Assembly (NCBI GenBank): GCA_020348445.1
Contig: CP070751.1
Span: 4,569,709-4,633,708, forward strand
From: Thermoplasmata archaeon
GTDB lineage: Archaea > Thermoplasmatota > Thermoplasmata > GCA-020350865
Length of the DNA stretch: 64,000 nt
Direction of reading: 5' to 3'
Part shown: positions 1 through 10,273 of the stretch, piece by piece
How positions within the stretch are numbered: position 1 is the first letter of the stretch
How the letters are laid out: every line of letters begins with the position of its first letter
Notes under the pieces: model-generated
The model's database searches: none
Told to the model about the DNA's origin: nothing
The model's input: only the letters and a program-made list of their open reading frames with translations
Translations under genes and position numbers: made by a program

Positions 1-1
1 T

Positions 2-964
2 ATGAGGAACCCTACACTTGATATAATTTACTCCATATTGGTTCTTGGCAATGTTGTAGTATTCTTCAAATCCCTTGCCATAGGTTCGCATATCCATGTA
101 GAAGATTGTGCAGTCTGTTCCTTTTGTATGTTCCTTAGCAATGATGGCCTCCTTAGTGGCATAGGTACAGCACACAGCAGAGCAGTATCCCTTGTCAACC
201 TGCTCGTCCCTGGAACCTACGCATTGTATCCAGGCGATCTTCATGGGATGTTTACCGTCAGAAGGACGAAGAACATGACCTGCGTACGGTCCAGATGCAG
301 AAAGAATTCTCTCGAATTGTATGCTTGTTACCACATTTGGGAATCTTCCGTATCCGTATTCGGATTTCACAGTGGGATCAAATGTTTCAAAACCTGGTGA
401 GAGGACTATAGAGCCGACATTTAAATTCACAGTCTCGTCCTCTTGAGCATAGTTTACTGCATTTGCCTTGCAGTACTGCTCGCACAGTCCGCAGCCTATA
501 CACTTTGTTCTGTCTATCCTGTATACCAGAGGTACAGCCTGGGGGAAGGGGACAAATGTCGCATTTCTTACTGAAACTCCCCTTTCGAACTCACTTATTG
601 CCTCGATGGGGCAGTACTGGGAGCACAACCCGCATCCTGTACATTTCTCCTCATCAATATATCTCGGATGTTTTACAACTGAGACTGTAAAATCGCCTGC
701 TTCGCCCTCCACCTTCTCAATGTCACTTACCGTTAAGATTTCGATGTTGTGATGCCTTCCAGTTCCCACGAGTGTGGGTGCAATGGTGCACATGGCACAG
801 TCATTTGTTGGGAAGGTCTTGTCCAATGAGGCCATGACACCTCCAATGCTGCTTCTCTTTTCCACGAGATAAACTTTAAATCCTGATTCTGCCAAATCGA
901 GGGCCGTTTGCATACCGGTGATACCTGCACCCAGGACCATAACCGCGCCAACTTTTTTTTCCAA
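2..964 (-). CDS. hdrA: Heterodisulfide reductase subunit A-like flavoprotein, 5' part only (runs off left edge)
   Basis: Absent from the ORF track; translated manually. TTG at 964 directly follows the mvhD TGA. Reads LEKKVGAVMVLGAGITGMQTALDLAESG...DKTFPTNDCAMC...CTGCGLCSQYCP...CIGCGLCEQYC...YGYGRFPNVVTSIQFERILSASGP...QCVGSRD...CSAVCC, all HdrA motifs; open to position 2. Confidence 0.92.
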   Translation of the reverse strand, partial: MEKKVGAVMVLGAGITGMQTALDLAESGFKVYLVEKRSSIGGVMASLDKTFPTNDCAMCTIAPTLVGTGRHHNIEILTVSDIEKVEGEAGDFTVSVVKHPRYIDEEKCTGCGLCSQYCPIEAISEFERGVSVRNATFVPFPQAVPLVYRIDRTKCIGCGLCEQYCKANAVNYAQEDETVNLNVGSIVLSPGFETFDPTVKSEYGYGRFPNVVTSIQFERILSASGPYAGHVLRPSDGKHPMKIAWIQCVGSRDEQVDKGYCSAVCCTYATKEAIIAKEHTKGTDCTIFYMDMRTYGKGFEEYYNIAKNQYGVNYIKCRVPH

Positions 965-1777
965 TCACACACCCCCTGCCTTTATGTATGTTGGCGACAG
1001 CTCTTTATGGCCGAATGGTAAGATGATCTGTTTTTTCCACAACCTTGCAACATGTTTAAAAATAGTCTCAGTGGGAATCCCTGTATCACCTGCCATCTCC
1101 TCAACTGTTTTTGGCTCTGACTCCACCCTCAATATGATGTTGCTTCTTATGTATTCTTCCTCGATTATCTCATCCTCGATTTTTTCCATCTCTTCCTGTG
1201 ATAGTTTCTCACCGTAAGCATTTCCAAGCTCCATTATCTTCTTTTCTCTGCCGAAAAGTGATCTCAACCTGAACTGCTGGGAGGCATGTATTGCAGCATC
1301 AAGCTGCCTGATAATTATCTTAGCTTTCTCATCCTTTTTGCGAATGGGATTGGGACCCAGTTTCTTTATCTTTGATGTAAATTCTGTGACAACCTCCTGA
1401 AAGCGTGCACCTTCTGAAGCCGAGATCCATTCAAGCTGCAGTCTTTCATTCTCCAAATCCACAAAATCAATTATTTTCTTGAGCATCCTGTACTTTCTTT
1501 TAGCCTCATAGTTACCTGAAATATAATGGCAATCTCCTGGATGGCACCCCATTATCAGAACTCCGTCCACCCCTGATTTCAAGGCTGAAAGAGGGAACTT
1601 GGGATCCAAACTTCCGCTGCACATCACCCTAATCACTCTAAGTGTGGTGGGCATTTGCATGCGGGACACACCTGCCAAATCAGCTCCAGCATAACTGCAC
1701 CAGTTGCAAAGAAAACCCACGATCTTTGGTTTGAATCCGCTGGTATTTTCATCTGTCTTCAGCCCTTCACCCTCCAT
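965..1777 (-). CDS. mvhD: MvhD/FlpD [2Fe-2S] subunit with ~125-aa C-terminal extension
   Basis: KIVGFLCNWCSYAGAD, RVMCSGS, GCHPGDCHY, WISASEG motifs; the canonical domain ends near LGPNP and is followed by a helical, wHTH-like tail. Confidence 0.92.
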   Translation of the reverse strand: MEGEGLKTDENTSGFKPKIVGFLCNWCSYAGADLAGVSRMQMPTTLRVIRVMCSGSLDPKFPLSALKSGVDGVLIMGCHPGDCHYISGNYEAKRKYRMLKKIIDFVDLENERLQLEWISASEGARFQEVVTEFTSKIKKLGPNPIRKKDEKAKIIIRQLDAAIHASQQFRLRSLFGREKKIMELGNAYGEKLSQEEMEKIEDEIIEEEYIRSNIILRVESEPKTVEEMAGDTGIPTETIFKHVARLWKKQIILPFGHKELSPTYIKAGGV

Positions 1778-4700
1778 CTAATCCACCCCCTCCTCAGAAA
1801 CAGCCTGTATCTCGGCAAGCAACTGATCCATTGTAAAATGCGGAAGAGTTATTGCAAGCTCTGGGCAGCTCGCTCTGCATACACCACAGCCTTTACAAAG
1901 GGCAGGAGTTACCTCGGCCTTTCCATCCTCCTTTTTCGTTATTGCTCCAAAGGCACACAGAAGCTCACAAGTTCCGCATCCTGTGCATTTATCCTTGTCC
2001 ACTACGGATACTATGCCCTCGGCCCTAACCTTTCCAATGGCCATGGGTATTGCAGCCTTTGCAGCTGTCCCTGACGCCTGGGATATTGAATCAGCCACAT
2101 CTTTTGGATACTGTGCGCAGCCAGCCACATAAATCCCGTCTGTATTTGTTTCAATTGGGCCGAGTTTTGGATGCTTTTCCAATATGAAGCCGTCGGCACC
2201 CCTTGGAATCCTTAACATCTCCTGGATTCTCTTTGTTTCCTTTTCCTTTGGTCTCATACCAACTGTCAAAACAATGGCGTCAAATGAGAGCTCAACAATC
2301 TGCCCGAACAAGGTGTCAATTGCCCTGATCTTCAACTTACCGTCTTCATGAAGGACCTCGGGTTTTTGTTCAGGTGTGTATCTGAAGTAGATAACTCCCT
2401 TTAATCGGGTGTCCTGATACAGTTTCTCAGCACCCTTGCTGAAGGCTCTTATATCCCTGTAATAATCAGCCACCTCCACACCCAAGTCCCGAAGTTCGTT
2501 TGCCTGTTTTAATGCAACCTGGCAGCAGTATCTCGAGCATCCGGTAAAGCCTTCTGGCTCTCTGGAGCCGACACAGTGGATTATGGCCACCTTTTTCAGC
2601 TCCTTACCATTTAACTCTAGCGGCTCTTTCTCCCTTCGCTCGGTAAGAAGCTGCTCTAAATCTGCATTTGTGATCACGTTTGGATATTGATTATATCCAA
2701 ATTCCCCTTCATTTGGCTCATATAAATCCGAGCCTATTGCTAAAATGATTGTTCCTATGTCCAAATGATGTCCAGTAATTTTATCCTTATCTTCAAGGTG
2801 AATGCATTTTGGTTCGCAGACTTTTATACACTCACCACACTCAGTACAATAATCAAAGTCAACAGCATATGATTTGGGCCACCCGTTCTCCTTGCGCCAT
2901 ATGGCCTTTCGGATCCTCTTTCCCTGGCCTTCATTGTACTCCACTTCCACTCCTACAGGGCAGACCTTTTCACATTCCCCGCATAAATTGCATTTATCTG
3001 GATCAACTCCCATACCTCTCTGCGTTACGTCCACCTTGAAGTTACCTATAAAACCATCGATGTCATCTATATTGGCATTGTTTAGAACCTCAATTTCGCT
3101 CTCCTCTATGTCCCTATAATGCTGGTAAAGTATTTCTGAAACAGGTGTGTACTCAGGAGCAAGAAGCTCACGATCGGCAAGACCGCCACCCAAAAACGGT
3201 TTTTCTTCGATAAGAAAAACTTTGAATCCTAGGTAATTTAAATCCAAAGAAGCGGTCATACCTGATATCCCACCCCCTACAACGAGGGCGGTTTTAGTTA
3301 TCTCCAATTCTGATGATTGAAGTGGTTGAAGAAGACAGGCCCTTGCAACTGCCATACGAACGAGATCCTTTGCCTTTTCTGTTGCGTTTTCTGGTTCATG
3401 CATGTGTATCCAGGAACACTGGTCTCGTATATTTGCCATGGTGAAAAGATAGGGATTAAGCCCCGCCTTTTCACATGTATCCCTGAATATGGGTTCATGG
3501 GTTCTTGGTGAGCAAGATGCTACGATCACCCTGTTTAGATTGTGCTCCGCTATTGCATCCTGTATTGCTTTCTGGGTGCTGTCCGAGCATGTATAAAGAT
3601 TGTTGGTGGAATATACAACATTTGGAAGATTCCCTGTATATTCACTTACGGCCTCAACATCCACAACACCTGCAATATTGCTTCCGCAATGGCACACGAA
3701 CACCCCCACACGAGGAGCGCCAGACACATCGATTTGGGGAATCTCCTTTGTTTCCTCCTCAACTCGATAATCGGAAAGCCACATTTCAGCCTTGGAGGCC
3801 GCGGCACTGGCCTGGGCCACGCTGTCTGGAATATCCTTAGGTCCCTGGGCACATCCACAAACATATACACCTTCTTTGTCTGTTTCAACTATGGATGTGT
3901 TGCTCTGCTTCTCCTTGATAAATCCGCTTTCGTCCAGAGATATTCCCAACACCTTTGCCAACTCATCGGTGCCCTTTGAAGGAATAACAGCTGATGATAA
4001 CACCACAAGATCTGCACCTTTTTCCTCCTGCACGCCAGTTTCGGTGTTCTCTGCCCTTATGATCAGATCCTTTGTTTCGGCATTCTCGAACAATCGGGCA
4101 GGCCTGCCCCTGTAAAACTTGATTCCTCCTTCTTCCTTTGAACGATTAAAATAATCCTCAAATCCCTTTCCATATGCACGAATATCCATGTAATATATGG
4201 TGATGTCCTCTAATGATTCCTCGTGCTCCTTGGCGAGCATGGCTTCCTTCATTGCGTACATGCAGCATACACGGGAGCAGTATTTGCAGCCCTTGAGCTG
4301 ATCCCGGGAGCCGTAACACTGGATAAAAGCTATGCTTTTTGGAATCTTACCATCTGAGGGTCTTGTTACTTTACCACCAGTGGGGCCAGATGCACTCAAC
4401 ATCCTTTCAAATTCCAATGAGGTGATCACATTATCGTAAACACCGTAGCCGTATTCTGTTCTGTGAGCCGGATCGATCATATCGAACCCGGTTGCCACGA
4501 TAATAGAACCTGCAGGAATCTCGATTTCCTCCTCTGTCATATCATGATCAATTGCCTCAGCCTCGCAGGCCTTTACACATTCCAGACATTCGGAACATAT
4601 GCCGCAGCTTAGGCAACGTTCTGCTTCAGTTCTTGCCTCCTGTTCGGTGAATCCCATCTCCACCTCATCGAAGCTGGCAAGTCTTTTCTCCAATTCGATT

Positions 4701-6475
4701 GTCTTTGCCTTTCTTCTTCTTTCCTTTATCACTTCTGTTACATCCACTAAATCACTTATATCGGGAAGTTCCTCTTCCTTCATGCTCTCCTCTAGGTTTT
4801 CCACACCTTGGATGTACTTGTCTATGGCAATTGCCGCCCGCTCTCCAGCTGCTATTGCCTGAATTACAGATGAGGGCCCTGTTACAAAATCCCCCCCTGC
4901 AAATATTCCTTTTTGATTTGTCATAAGGGTTATGGGATTCACAGCCAATCTGTCCCACTTTGTCATTTCAAACTGAACTTCCTTGGGCAAGAATGTAATA
5001 TCGGGTGCCTGGCTTATTGCCGGAATCACCATGTCCACATCTATTTTGAACTCAGAACCTGAAATTGGTTGGGGCCTTCTTCTTCCACTCTCATCAGGCT
5101 CCCCAAGCTCCATTTTAATGCATTCTATCTTTGATACATTTTCATTATCATCGCTCAATATCCTTGTAGGGCTTGTCAAAAATCTGAACTTCACACCTTC
5201 CTCTTCTGCTTCCTCGACTTCTTTTTGATCAACTGGCATTTCATTTCTGGATCGTCTGTATAATACGTAAACCTCCTTTGCACCCAATCTAATTGAGCTT
5301 CTTGCACAATCCATTGCAGTATTGCCCCCACCAATTACCGCCACCCTTTCCTTAACCTCCAGAGGCTCCTTTAAATTCAGCTTTCTCATGAATGCGACAC
5401 CGTGATGAACTCCCTGTAAATCCTCCCCCGAGATTTCCAATTTAAATGGTTTATGCGCACCTGCTGCAATGAAAATTGCATCGTATTGCTTTTGAAGATC
5501 CTCTAGTTTTATGGTCTCTCCTATGGGTGTGTTCAGCTTAATCTCAACTCCAAGACTGATTATATCGTCGATCTCCCTTTGTATGACCTCTCTGGGCAAA
5601 CGATATGGCGGGATGCCAACCCACAGCATCCCACCAAGAACAGGAAGTGCCTCAAAAACAGTTGTGTGATAACCTTCAAGTGAGAGATTGAATGCTGCTG
5701 TAAGGCCAGCAGGACCGCTTCCAATGATGGCAATCCTCTGGGATTTCTTTTCTTTTGGAGTGGGCAGAATGGGAGCATCCTCGTATGTGACTTCCAAATC
5801 TGCAATGAAACGTTTTAATGCACTTATGGCCAACGGATCATCCACTTCCCCTCTTTTGCAGTTCTGCTCGCAGGGATGTGTGCATATCCTCCCGCATATA
5901 CCCGGGAAGGGATGCGCCTTTTTTACGAGCTCTAGGGCCTCTCTGAACTTACCTTCCCTGATTAATGCCACATATCCTTGCACATTTGTCTTGGTGGGAC
6001 AGGCCAGTTTACAAGGGGATTTTCCCCTTTTATGAACTGTATATTTCAAGGGTACAGCCTGAGGAAAAGGGATATAAACTGCCTTTCTCTTGCTCATACC
6101 TTCATCAAATTCATTATCTACCTGGACAGTGCAAGCCTTTGCACAATCACCACAGCCCACACATTTTGCTTCATCCACATATCTCGGATGCCTGGATACT
6201 GTGACAGAAAAATCTCCTGCCTTTCCTTTGATCTTCTTGACTTCCGATAACGTCAATAGCTTAATATTGGGATGCCTTGCAGCTCCAACGAGCTTTGGTG
6301 AAAGAATACACATTGCACAGTCGTTTGTGGGGAACGTCTTGTCCAATTGGGCCATCCTTCCCCCCAGAGAGGGTGTCCTTTCCACCAAATACACCTTTAC
6401 CCCTGACTCAGCAAGATCCAATGCAGCCTGAATTCCTGCTATGCCTCCACCTATTACTACCACACCTTTTTTCAT
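1778..6475 (-). CDS. hdrA: Large HdrA/HdrL-type protein: HdrA with inserted GltD-like NAD(P)H oxidoreductase, fused to a second HdrA module
   Basis: GGGIAG and DKTFPTNDC; GltD-like insert (CKLACP, ICGRICTHPCEQNC, GSGPAG, GGGNTAMD); first core QCYGSRD/CSRVCC/GCAQGPKD; second module VGVFVCHCG, ASCSPRTHE, GGGISG, HCVGSRE/CSRYCC and C-terminal ferredoxin CTGCGTC/CKGCGVC. Confidence 0.92.
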   Translation of the reverse strand: MKKGVVVIGGGIAGIQAALDLAESGVKVYLVERTPSLGGRMAQLDKTFPTNDCAMCILSPKLVGAARHPNIKLLTLSEVKKIKGKAGDFSVTVSRHPRYVDEAKCVGCGDCAKACTVQVDNEFDEGMSKRKAVYIPFPQAVPLKYTVHKRGKSPCKLACPTKTNVQGYVALIREGKFREALELVKKAHPFPGICGRICTHPCEQNCKRGEVDDPLAISALKRFIADLEVTYEDAPILPTPKEKKSQRIAIIGSGPAGLTAAFNLSLEGYHTTVFEALPVLGGMLWVGIPPYRLPREVIQREIDDIISLGVEIKLNTPIGETIKLEDLQKQYDAIFIAAGAHKPFKLEISGEDLQGVHHGVAFMRKLNLKEPLEVKERVAVIGGGNTAMDCARSSIRLGAKEVYVLYRRSRNEMPVDQKEVEEAEEEGVKFRFLTSPTRILSDDNENVSKIECIKMELGEPDESGRRRPQPISGSEFKIDVDMVIPAISQAPDITFLPKEVQFEMTKWDRLAVNPITLMTNQKGIFAGGDFVTGPSSVIQAIAAGERAAIAIDKYIQGVENLEESMKEEELPDISDLVDVTEVIKERRRKAKTIELEKRLASFDEVEMGFTEQEARTEAERCLSCGICSECLECVKACEAEAIDHDMTEEEIEIPAGSIIVATGFDMIDPAHRTEYGYGVYDNVITSLEFERMLSASGPTGGKVTRPSDGKIPKSIAFIQCYGSRDQLKGCKYCSRVCCMYAMKEAMLAKEHEESLEDITIYYMDIRAYGKGFEDYFNRSKEEGGIKFYRGRPARLFENAETKDLIIRAENTETGVQEEKGADLVVLSSAVIPSKGTDELAKVLGISLDESGFIKEKQSNTSIVETDKEGVYVCGCAQGPKDIPDSVAQASAAASKAEMWLSDYRVEEETKEIPQIDVSGAPRVGVFVCHCGSNIAGVVDVEAVSEYTGNLPNVVYSTNNLYTCSDSTQKAIQDAIAEHNLNRVIVASCSPRTHEPIFRDTCEKAGLNPYLFTMANIRDQCSWIHMHEPENATEKAKDLVRMAVARACLLQPLQSSELEITKTALVVGGGISGMTASLDLNYLGFKVFLIEEKPFLGGGLADRELLAPEYTPVSEILYQHYRDIEESEIEVLNNANIDDIDGFIGNFKVDVTQRGMGVDPDKCNLCGECEKVCPVGVEVEYNEGQGKRIRKAIWRKENGWPKSYAVDFDYCTECGECIKVCEPKCIHLEDKDKITGHHLDIGTIILAIGSDLYEPNEGEFGYNQYPNVITNADLEQLLTERREKEPLELNGKELKKVAIIHCVGSREPEGFTGCSRYCCQVALKQANELRDLGVEVADYYRDIRAFSKGAEKLYQDTRLKGVIYFRYTPEQKPEVLHEDGKLKIRAIDTLFGQIVELSFDAIVLTVGMRPKEKETKRIQEMLRIPRGADGFILEKHPKLGPIETNTDGIYVAGCAQYPKDVADSISQASGTAAKAAIPMAIGKVRAEGIVSVVDKDKCTGCGTCELLCAFGAITKKEDGKAEVTPALCKGCGVCRASCPELAITLPHFTMDQLLAEIQAVSEEGVD

Positions 6476-7356
6476 TGCTCCCCTCCCATTATCTTCTTTA
6501 CAAGATTCTTGGTTCTTACTGCATTGAATTTCAGACCCAGTTCCTTAGCCTCATGGCCAAAGGCCAAACCCAAAAGCTGGGAAAAGAACAATGAAGGAAT
6601 ATTGTAATCCTTACCATATTTATTCCCGATGGTGGCCTGATACTCATCGTACATAAGATGGCAAAAGGGACAAATGGTGGCCATGGCATCTGCCTCCAGT
6701 GATTTTACAGAATCCAATACAATATGGGTCATTCCCATAGAGGCGTTCTCATCAATTGCTAATATGGCCCCTCCACAGCACAAAATCTTCTCAGGAAAAT
6801 CCAGTGAAGTGGCACCAGTTGCAGAAATTATGCTATCTAAGGATTTCGGCATCTCAGGGTCGTCGAACTTGTTGTAAATCGAGGAAGGCTTTAGATAATG
6901 GCAACCATAAATCGGGGCGACTTTTATACCGTCTAAACTCCGTTTGACTGTCTTTTCGATTTTGACGGTCCCTATATCCTCGTACAACAGTCTCGAAATA
7001 TGTTTGACATCGATTGTACCTTTGAATTCGAGGTCATTTGCCTTGAGAACCTCGTTCACCTTCTCAAAGGTTTCTTTGTTATTTTTCAGAATCATGTTTA
7101 CTTTTGTCAAATACGCTGTGCAAGAATTGCATAAAGTAATTATGTTTAAATTCCGCTCCTCAGCCAAACATAGATTGATTGCAGCCAAGGCCAGTGAGGT
7201 CTCTCTATGAATGGAAGCTGTTGGAAAGCCGCAGCAGGAAAATCCTTCGACATCTATTAGATTTATATCCAGGTCCTTTGCAACCTTTCGAACCGAGATA
7301 TCGTAGCCCAGACTTCTTGCAGGAACTGTGCATCCTAAAAAGAGCGCATAATCCAT
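6472..7356 (-). CDS. hdrB: Heterodisulfide reductase subunit B (copy 2)
   Basis: Two CCG motifs: FLGC..CCG..CNSC and YGC..CCGG..CPFC. Confidence 0.93.
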   Translation of the reverse strand: MDYALFLGCTVPARSLGYDISVRKVAKDLDINLIDVEGFSCCGFPTASIHRETSLALAAINLCLAEERNLNIITLCNSCTAYLTKVNMILKNNKETFEKVNEVLKANDLEFKGTIDVKHISRLLYEDIGTVKIEKTVKRSLDGIKVAPIYGCHYLKPSSIYNKFDDPEMPKSLDSIISATGATSLDFPEKILCCGGAILAIDENASMGMTHIVLDSVKSLEADAMATICPFCHLMYDEYQATIGNKYGKDYNIPSLFFSQLLGLAFGHEAKELGLKFNAVRTKNLVKKIMGGEQ

Positions 7357-7913
7357 CAGCTATCCCCCTCGATTACATCTTTGATTTTTTCTTTCTCAAG
7401 GACCTTTTTAACCTTTTCGGGGGACTGATTTATTTTCGGTAATCCGTACTTCTCACGCATCCTGTTCTCGAATTCTGATATCTCCAGAAGAGCTCCGAAC
7501 TTCTCAAGAAGATCAAGCTGGGCCTTGATGCTGGGGTGTATGTATCCATATTTAACAGCGATATTCTTCAAGGCGAACATAAGTTCAGTGATTTTAACAT
7601 CCTGGGGACATCGCTCGTAGCATGAGTAACAAGTGGAGCACATCCAAATGAATTTGCTTTTTAGAACACTTTCCTTGTCCCCAATCAAAGCCATTCTTAT
7701 GATCCTCCTGCAGTTATAATCAGGATCGATTGCTTTTACGGGACAGCTTGCTGTACATGTTCCGCACTGCATACATCGCAGAAAATTCTCGCCCCCTGGC
7801 TCCTTTATAATCTCATATTTGAACTGGGGATCTAATTGATCCTCTGTAATCACTTGAAATTCACCTGATTTCTTTTTACCCTTCTCCTGCTCCCTCTCTT
7901 CACCCATGCGCAC
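7356..7913 (-). CDS. hdrC: Heterodisulfide reductase subunit C (copy 2)
   Basis: CMQCGTCTASCP and WMCSTCYSCYERCP 2x[4Fe-4S] motifs; overlaps hdrB genes on both sides. Confidence 0.93.
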   Translation of the reverse strand: MRMGEEREQEKGKKKSGEFQVITEDQLDPQFKYEIIKEPGGENFLRCMQCGTCTASCPVKAIDPDYNCRRIIRMALIGDKESVLKSKFIWMCSTCYSCYERCPQDVKITELMFALKNIAVKYGYIHPSIKAQLDLLEKFGALLEISEFENRMREKYGLPKINQSPEKVKKVLEKEKIKDVIEGDS

Positions 7914-8805
7914 CCACCTCTTCCGATTTGGATTCAGGGGCTTCCTGGGGTTCTAAAAACAGCTTTGCTACCTTCTTCTTCATGCCCAATTGCTTTGCAT
8001 CAAATCCCAAAGCAAGGCCCAAAATCTGGGGTGTGAAGATCACTGGTACCTTGAAATCTATATCGATTCTCGGGTCCTTCTGATACTCGCCGTACATGAC
8101 ATTACAAAATGGACAGTGAACTGCAAGAACGTCGGCTTGTGCTTCATGAACGTGTATTAGTTTTTCCCTGACCATTGAAATTGATGTATCTTCATCAACA
8201 GCTAGTATTGCACCGCCGCAGCACTGCTTCATATTTTCATATTTTACAGGAACTACTCCGGTGAGAGCCATCAAGTCATCTGCCGTATGTGGCACTATAG
8301 GATCCTCGAAGAAATCAAAAACCTCGGGTGGTTTGAGATAATGGCAGCCATAATGGGGTGCCACCCTCACGGGATTTAACTTATTGGTAATGGCTTTTTT
8401 AATCTCATCTAGGCCGACTTCTTCATAAATGAATCTCAAAAAGTGTCTAACCTCCAAGGTACCCTTAAATTCCTTCCCTATGGAATTTTTCAGTATCTTG
8501 TTTATATGCTCCCTCTCTTTCTCATTTTCTTTTAACAACTTATTCACTTTCGAAAGGGTTGCTGTGCATGAATTGCACACGCTAACGATGTAATCTACCC
8601 CCATCTCCTCCGCAGCTACCAGATTCTGGGCTGCAAGGGCCAAGAAGGTTGAGTGATCCTGAGGGGCTGCTGGATATCCACAGCACACAAAATCTTTGGA
8701 GTCCATAAGTTCGATTCCAAACTTCTCGGCGATGCGCCTAACTGCAGCATCGTATTCGTAGGTTCTCAATGCGACGTTGCATCCCAAGAAATATGCGACC
8801 TTCAT
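7900..8805 (-). CDS. hdrB: Heterodisulfide reductase subunit B (copy 1)
   Basis: YFLGC..CCG..CNSC and HYGCH..CCGG..CPFC CCG motifs. Confidence 0.93.
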   Translation of the reverse strand: MKVAYFLGCNVALRTYEYDAAVRRIAEKFGIELMDSKDFVCCGYPAAPQDHSTFLALAAQNLVAAEEMGVDYIVSVCNSCTATLSKVNKLLKENEKEREHINKILKNSIGKEFKGTLEVRHFLRFIYEEVGLDEIKKAITNKLNPVRVAPHYGCHYLKPPEVFDFFEDPIVPHTADDLMALTGVVPVKYENMKQCCGGAILAVDEDTSISMVREKLIHVHEAQADVLAVHCPFCNVMYGEYQKDPRIDIDFKVPVIFTPQILGLALGFDAKQLGMKKKVAKLFLEPQEAPESKSEEVGAHG

Positions 8806-9353
8806 CCCTCTTCCCCTTTTTTCTTGTTCTTTTCCTTTTTCTTCAAAATCCCAGTTTCATCGAGAATCTTTATGGTGGCCAGTGCATTTTCCTCTATTGG
8901 GGGGCAATTCAATTTCTCCCTTTTCTGGTTCTCAAACTCAGACAACTCAACCGTCCTTCCAGTCTTCTTTAGCATTTCGAGCCCGGCCTCATAGGAAGGG
9001 TGCACGTGACCCTCCCTTGATGCAATATTTTGAATAGCGCTCATAACACTGGTGATCTTGACGTTCTGTGGACATCTTACATAGCAGCTATAACATGTGG
9101 AGCAAAGCCATATTGCCTTTGAAGAGAGAACCTCATCCCTGAGTCCAAGTAGTGCCATCCAGATTATCTTTCTTGGATCGTACTCAGGGTTCTTTGCAGC
9201 AACAGGACATACAGCAACACATGTTCCGCACTGAAAACAAGATGTTATGTTCTCTCCGCCAGATTCTTTGGATATCTCAAACTTGAAATTAGGATCCAAT
9301 TCGACGGCTTCAATATGTGCCTTCTTCTCGTCGGTGGTCTGGGAACTCTCCAT
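8802..9353 (-). CDS. hdrC: Heterodisulfide reductase subunit C (copy 1), first gene of the hdr operon
   Basis: CFQCGTCVAVCP and WLCSTCYSCYVRCP. Confidence 0.93.
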   Translation of the reverse strand: MESSQTTDEKKAHIEAVELDPNFKFEISKESGGENITSCFQCGTCVAVCPVAAKNPEYDPRKIIWMALLGLRDEVLSSKAIWLCSTCYSCYVRCPQNVKITSVMSAIQNIASREGHVHPSYEAGLEMLKKTGRTVELSEFENQKREKLNCPPIEENALATIKILDETGILKKKEKNKKKGEEG

Positions 9354-9600
9354 GATAATCCATCCAGAAGCCCCGTTTAGCTACAATATCATCTGTATTT
9401 TATCGAGGCATCGCTCGGAAATGGGATTTTAGCTTTTAAGCATTTCGGCATATATATTGCGATATCGTTTGTTATGTTCACGATTGTAATGTATTGCATA
9501 TATATATTTCGTTGTTACCCCGTGCGGTAAATAAGTCCCATCGGATGCCTAAATTGTCAGAAAAAATTAAATTTTAAAACATACAACCATTGCTGCTGTC

Positions 9601-10242
9601 TTAGGCCGAGGCCGCAAATTCATCCTTTGTATAAGTGGGTTCTTTGAGCTTTTTTGTCTCCATCGTCGATAACAATTCTTTTGTCTTGGTGATCCAAACG
9701 ATATCGGTTTCGTAAACGCCATCCAATATATCGATATGCTCTTGAACACCTTTTTTCGCAGAGGACAAACCATTTGCCAATACTGATGTGACTATATCAC
9801 TTCCATGATCTGAGAATATATAAGCAACGTAATGCACCACAAAGTTATTTGTTGGCTTAATCTTGCATATTGCATCATAAATATCTTTATAGTTTGCTGG
9901 CCTAGCATTAATTGTAACTGTAAATCTCTTTAAATCGAGACACATGCCCTGGGGAACTGGAAAAAATGTGGGTTTCATTAAATTGAATATATGAACGCTG
10001 TTTACACATTCAAGGGGAAAAAGATGCTTTTTTAAAAAAGCAAGGAAGTAATCAGCATCAGTTACATCAGCAATTAGGCTGTTTTCACCTAAAATGAAGC
10101 GCTTTGACAGATACAATAAGGTGATGTTCTTATCGTTCATCCAATCTCTATAATTAGAGCATATATATTGCCAAACTTCGTCATCCTTGGCCTCAACATA
10201 TCCTTGTGTTTTACCACATTTTATTCTCGCGATCAGCAGCAT
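9601..10242 (-). CDS. Hypothetical protein, possibly two Lrp/AsnC C-terminal (RAM)-like domains without HTH; paralog of 10274..10966
   Basis: ATG at 10242 preferred over TTG at 10260 (GGGGATTGAT upstream). Shares W..I..NY..W, NLMxPxFFxxP, KRFT and VVxYxAY with its neighbour. The fold call is an inference from the beta-alpha pattern. Confidence 0.6.
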   Translation of the reverse strand: MLLIARIKCGKTQGYVEAKDDEVWQYICSNYRDWMNDKNITLLYLSKRFILGENSLIADVTDADYFLAFLKKHLFPLECVNSVHIFNLMKPTFFPVPQGMCLDLKRFTVTINARPANYKDIYDAICKIKPTNNFVVHYVAYIFSDHGSDIVTSVLANGLSSAKKGVQEHIDILDGVYETDIVWITKTKELLSTMETKKLKEPTYTKDEFAASA

Positions 10243-10273
10243 TCTATCAATCCCCAACAAACGATCTTTTTAT

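Noticed and set aside
2-9353. Selenocysteine readthrough in Hdr/Mvh genes
   Set aside because: MvhD (GCHPGDCHY) and HdrA (CHCG) have Cys at these positions; the ORFs are uninterrupted and their TGA stops abut the next gene.
6472-9353. Calling the cluster a canonical sulfur-oxidising sHdr
   Set aside because: The HdrA proteins are large, ferredoxin-containing and accompanied by MvhD; gene order differs, and no tusA/dsrE/sox genes are in the window.
400-9400. Many + strand ORFs of 60-145 aa over the hdr operon (and similar antisense ORFs elsewhere)
   Set aside because: They lie antisense to well-supported long genes and have no recognisable motifs or SD sites.
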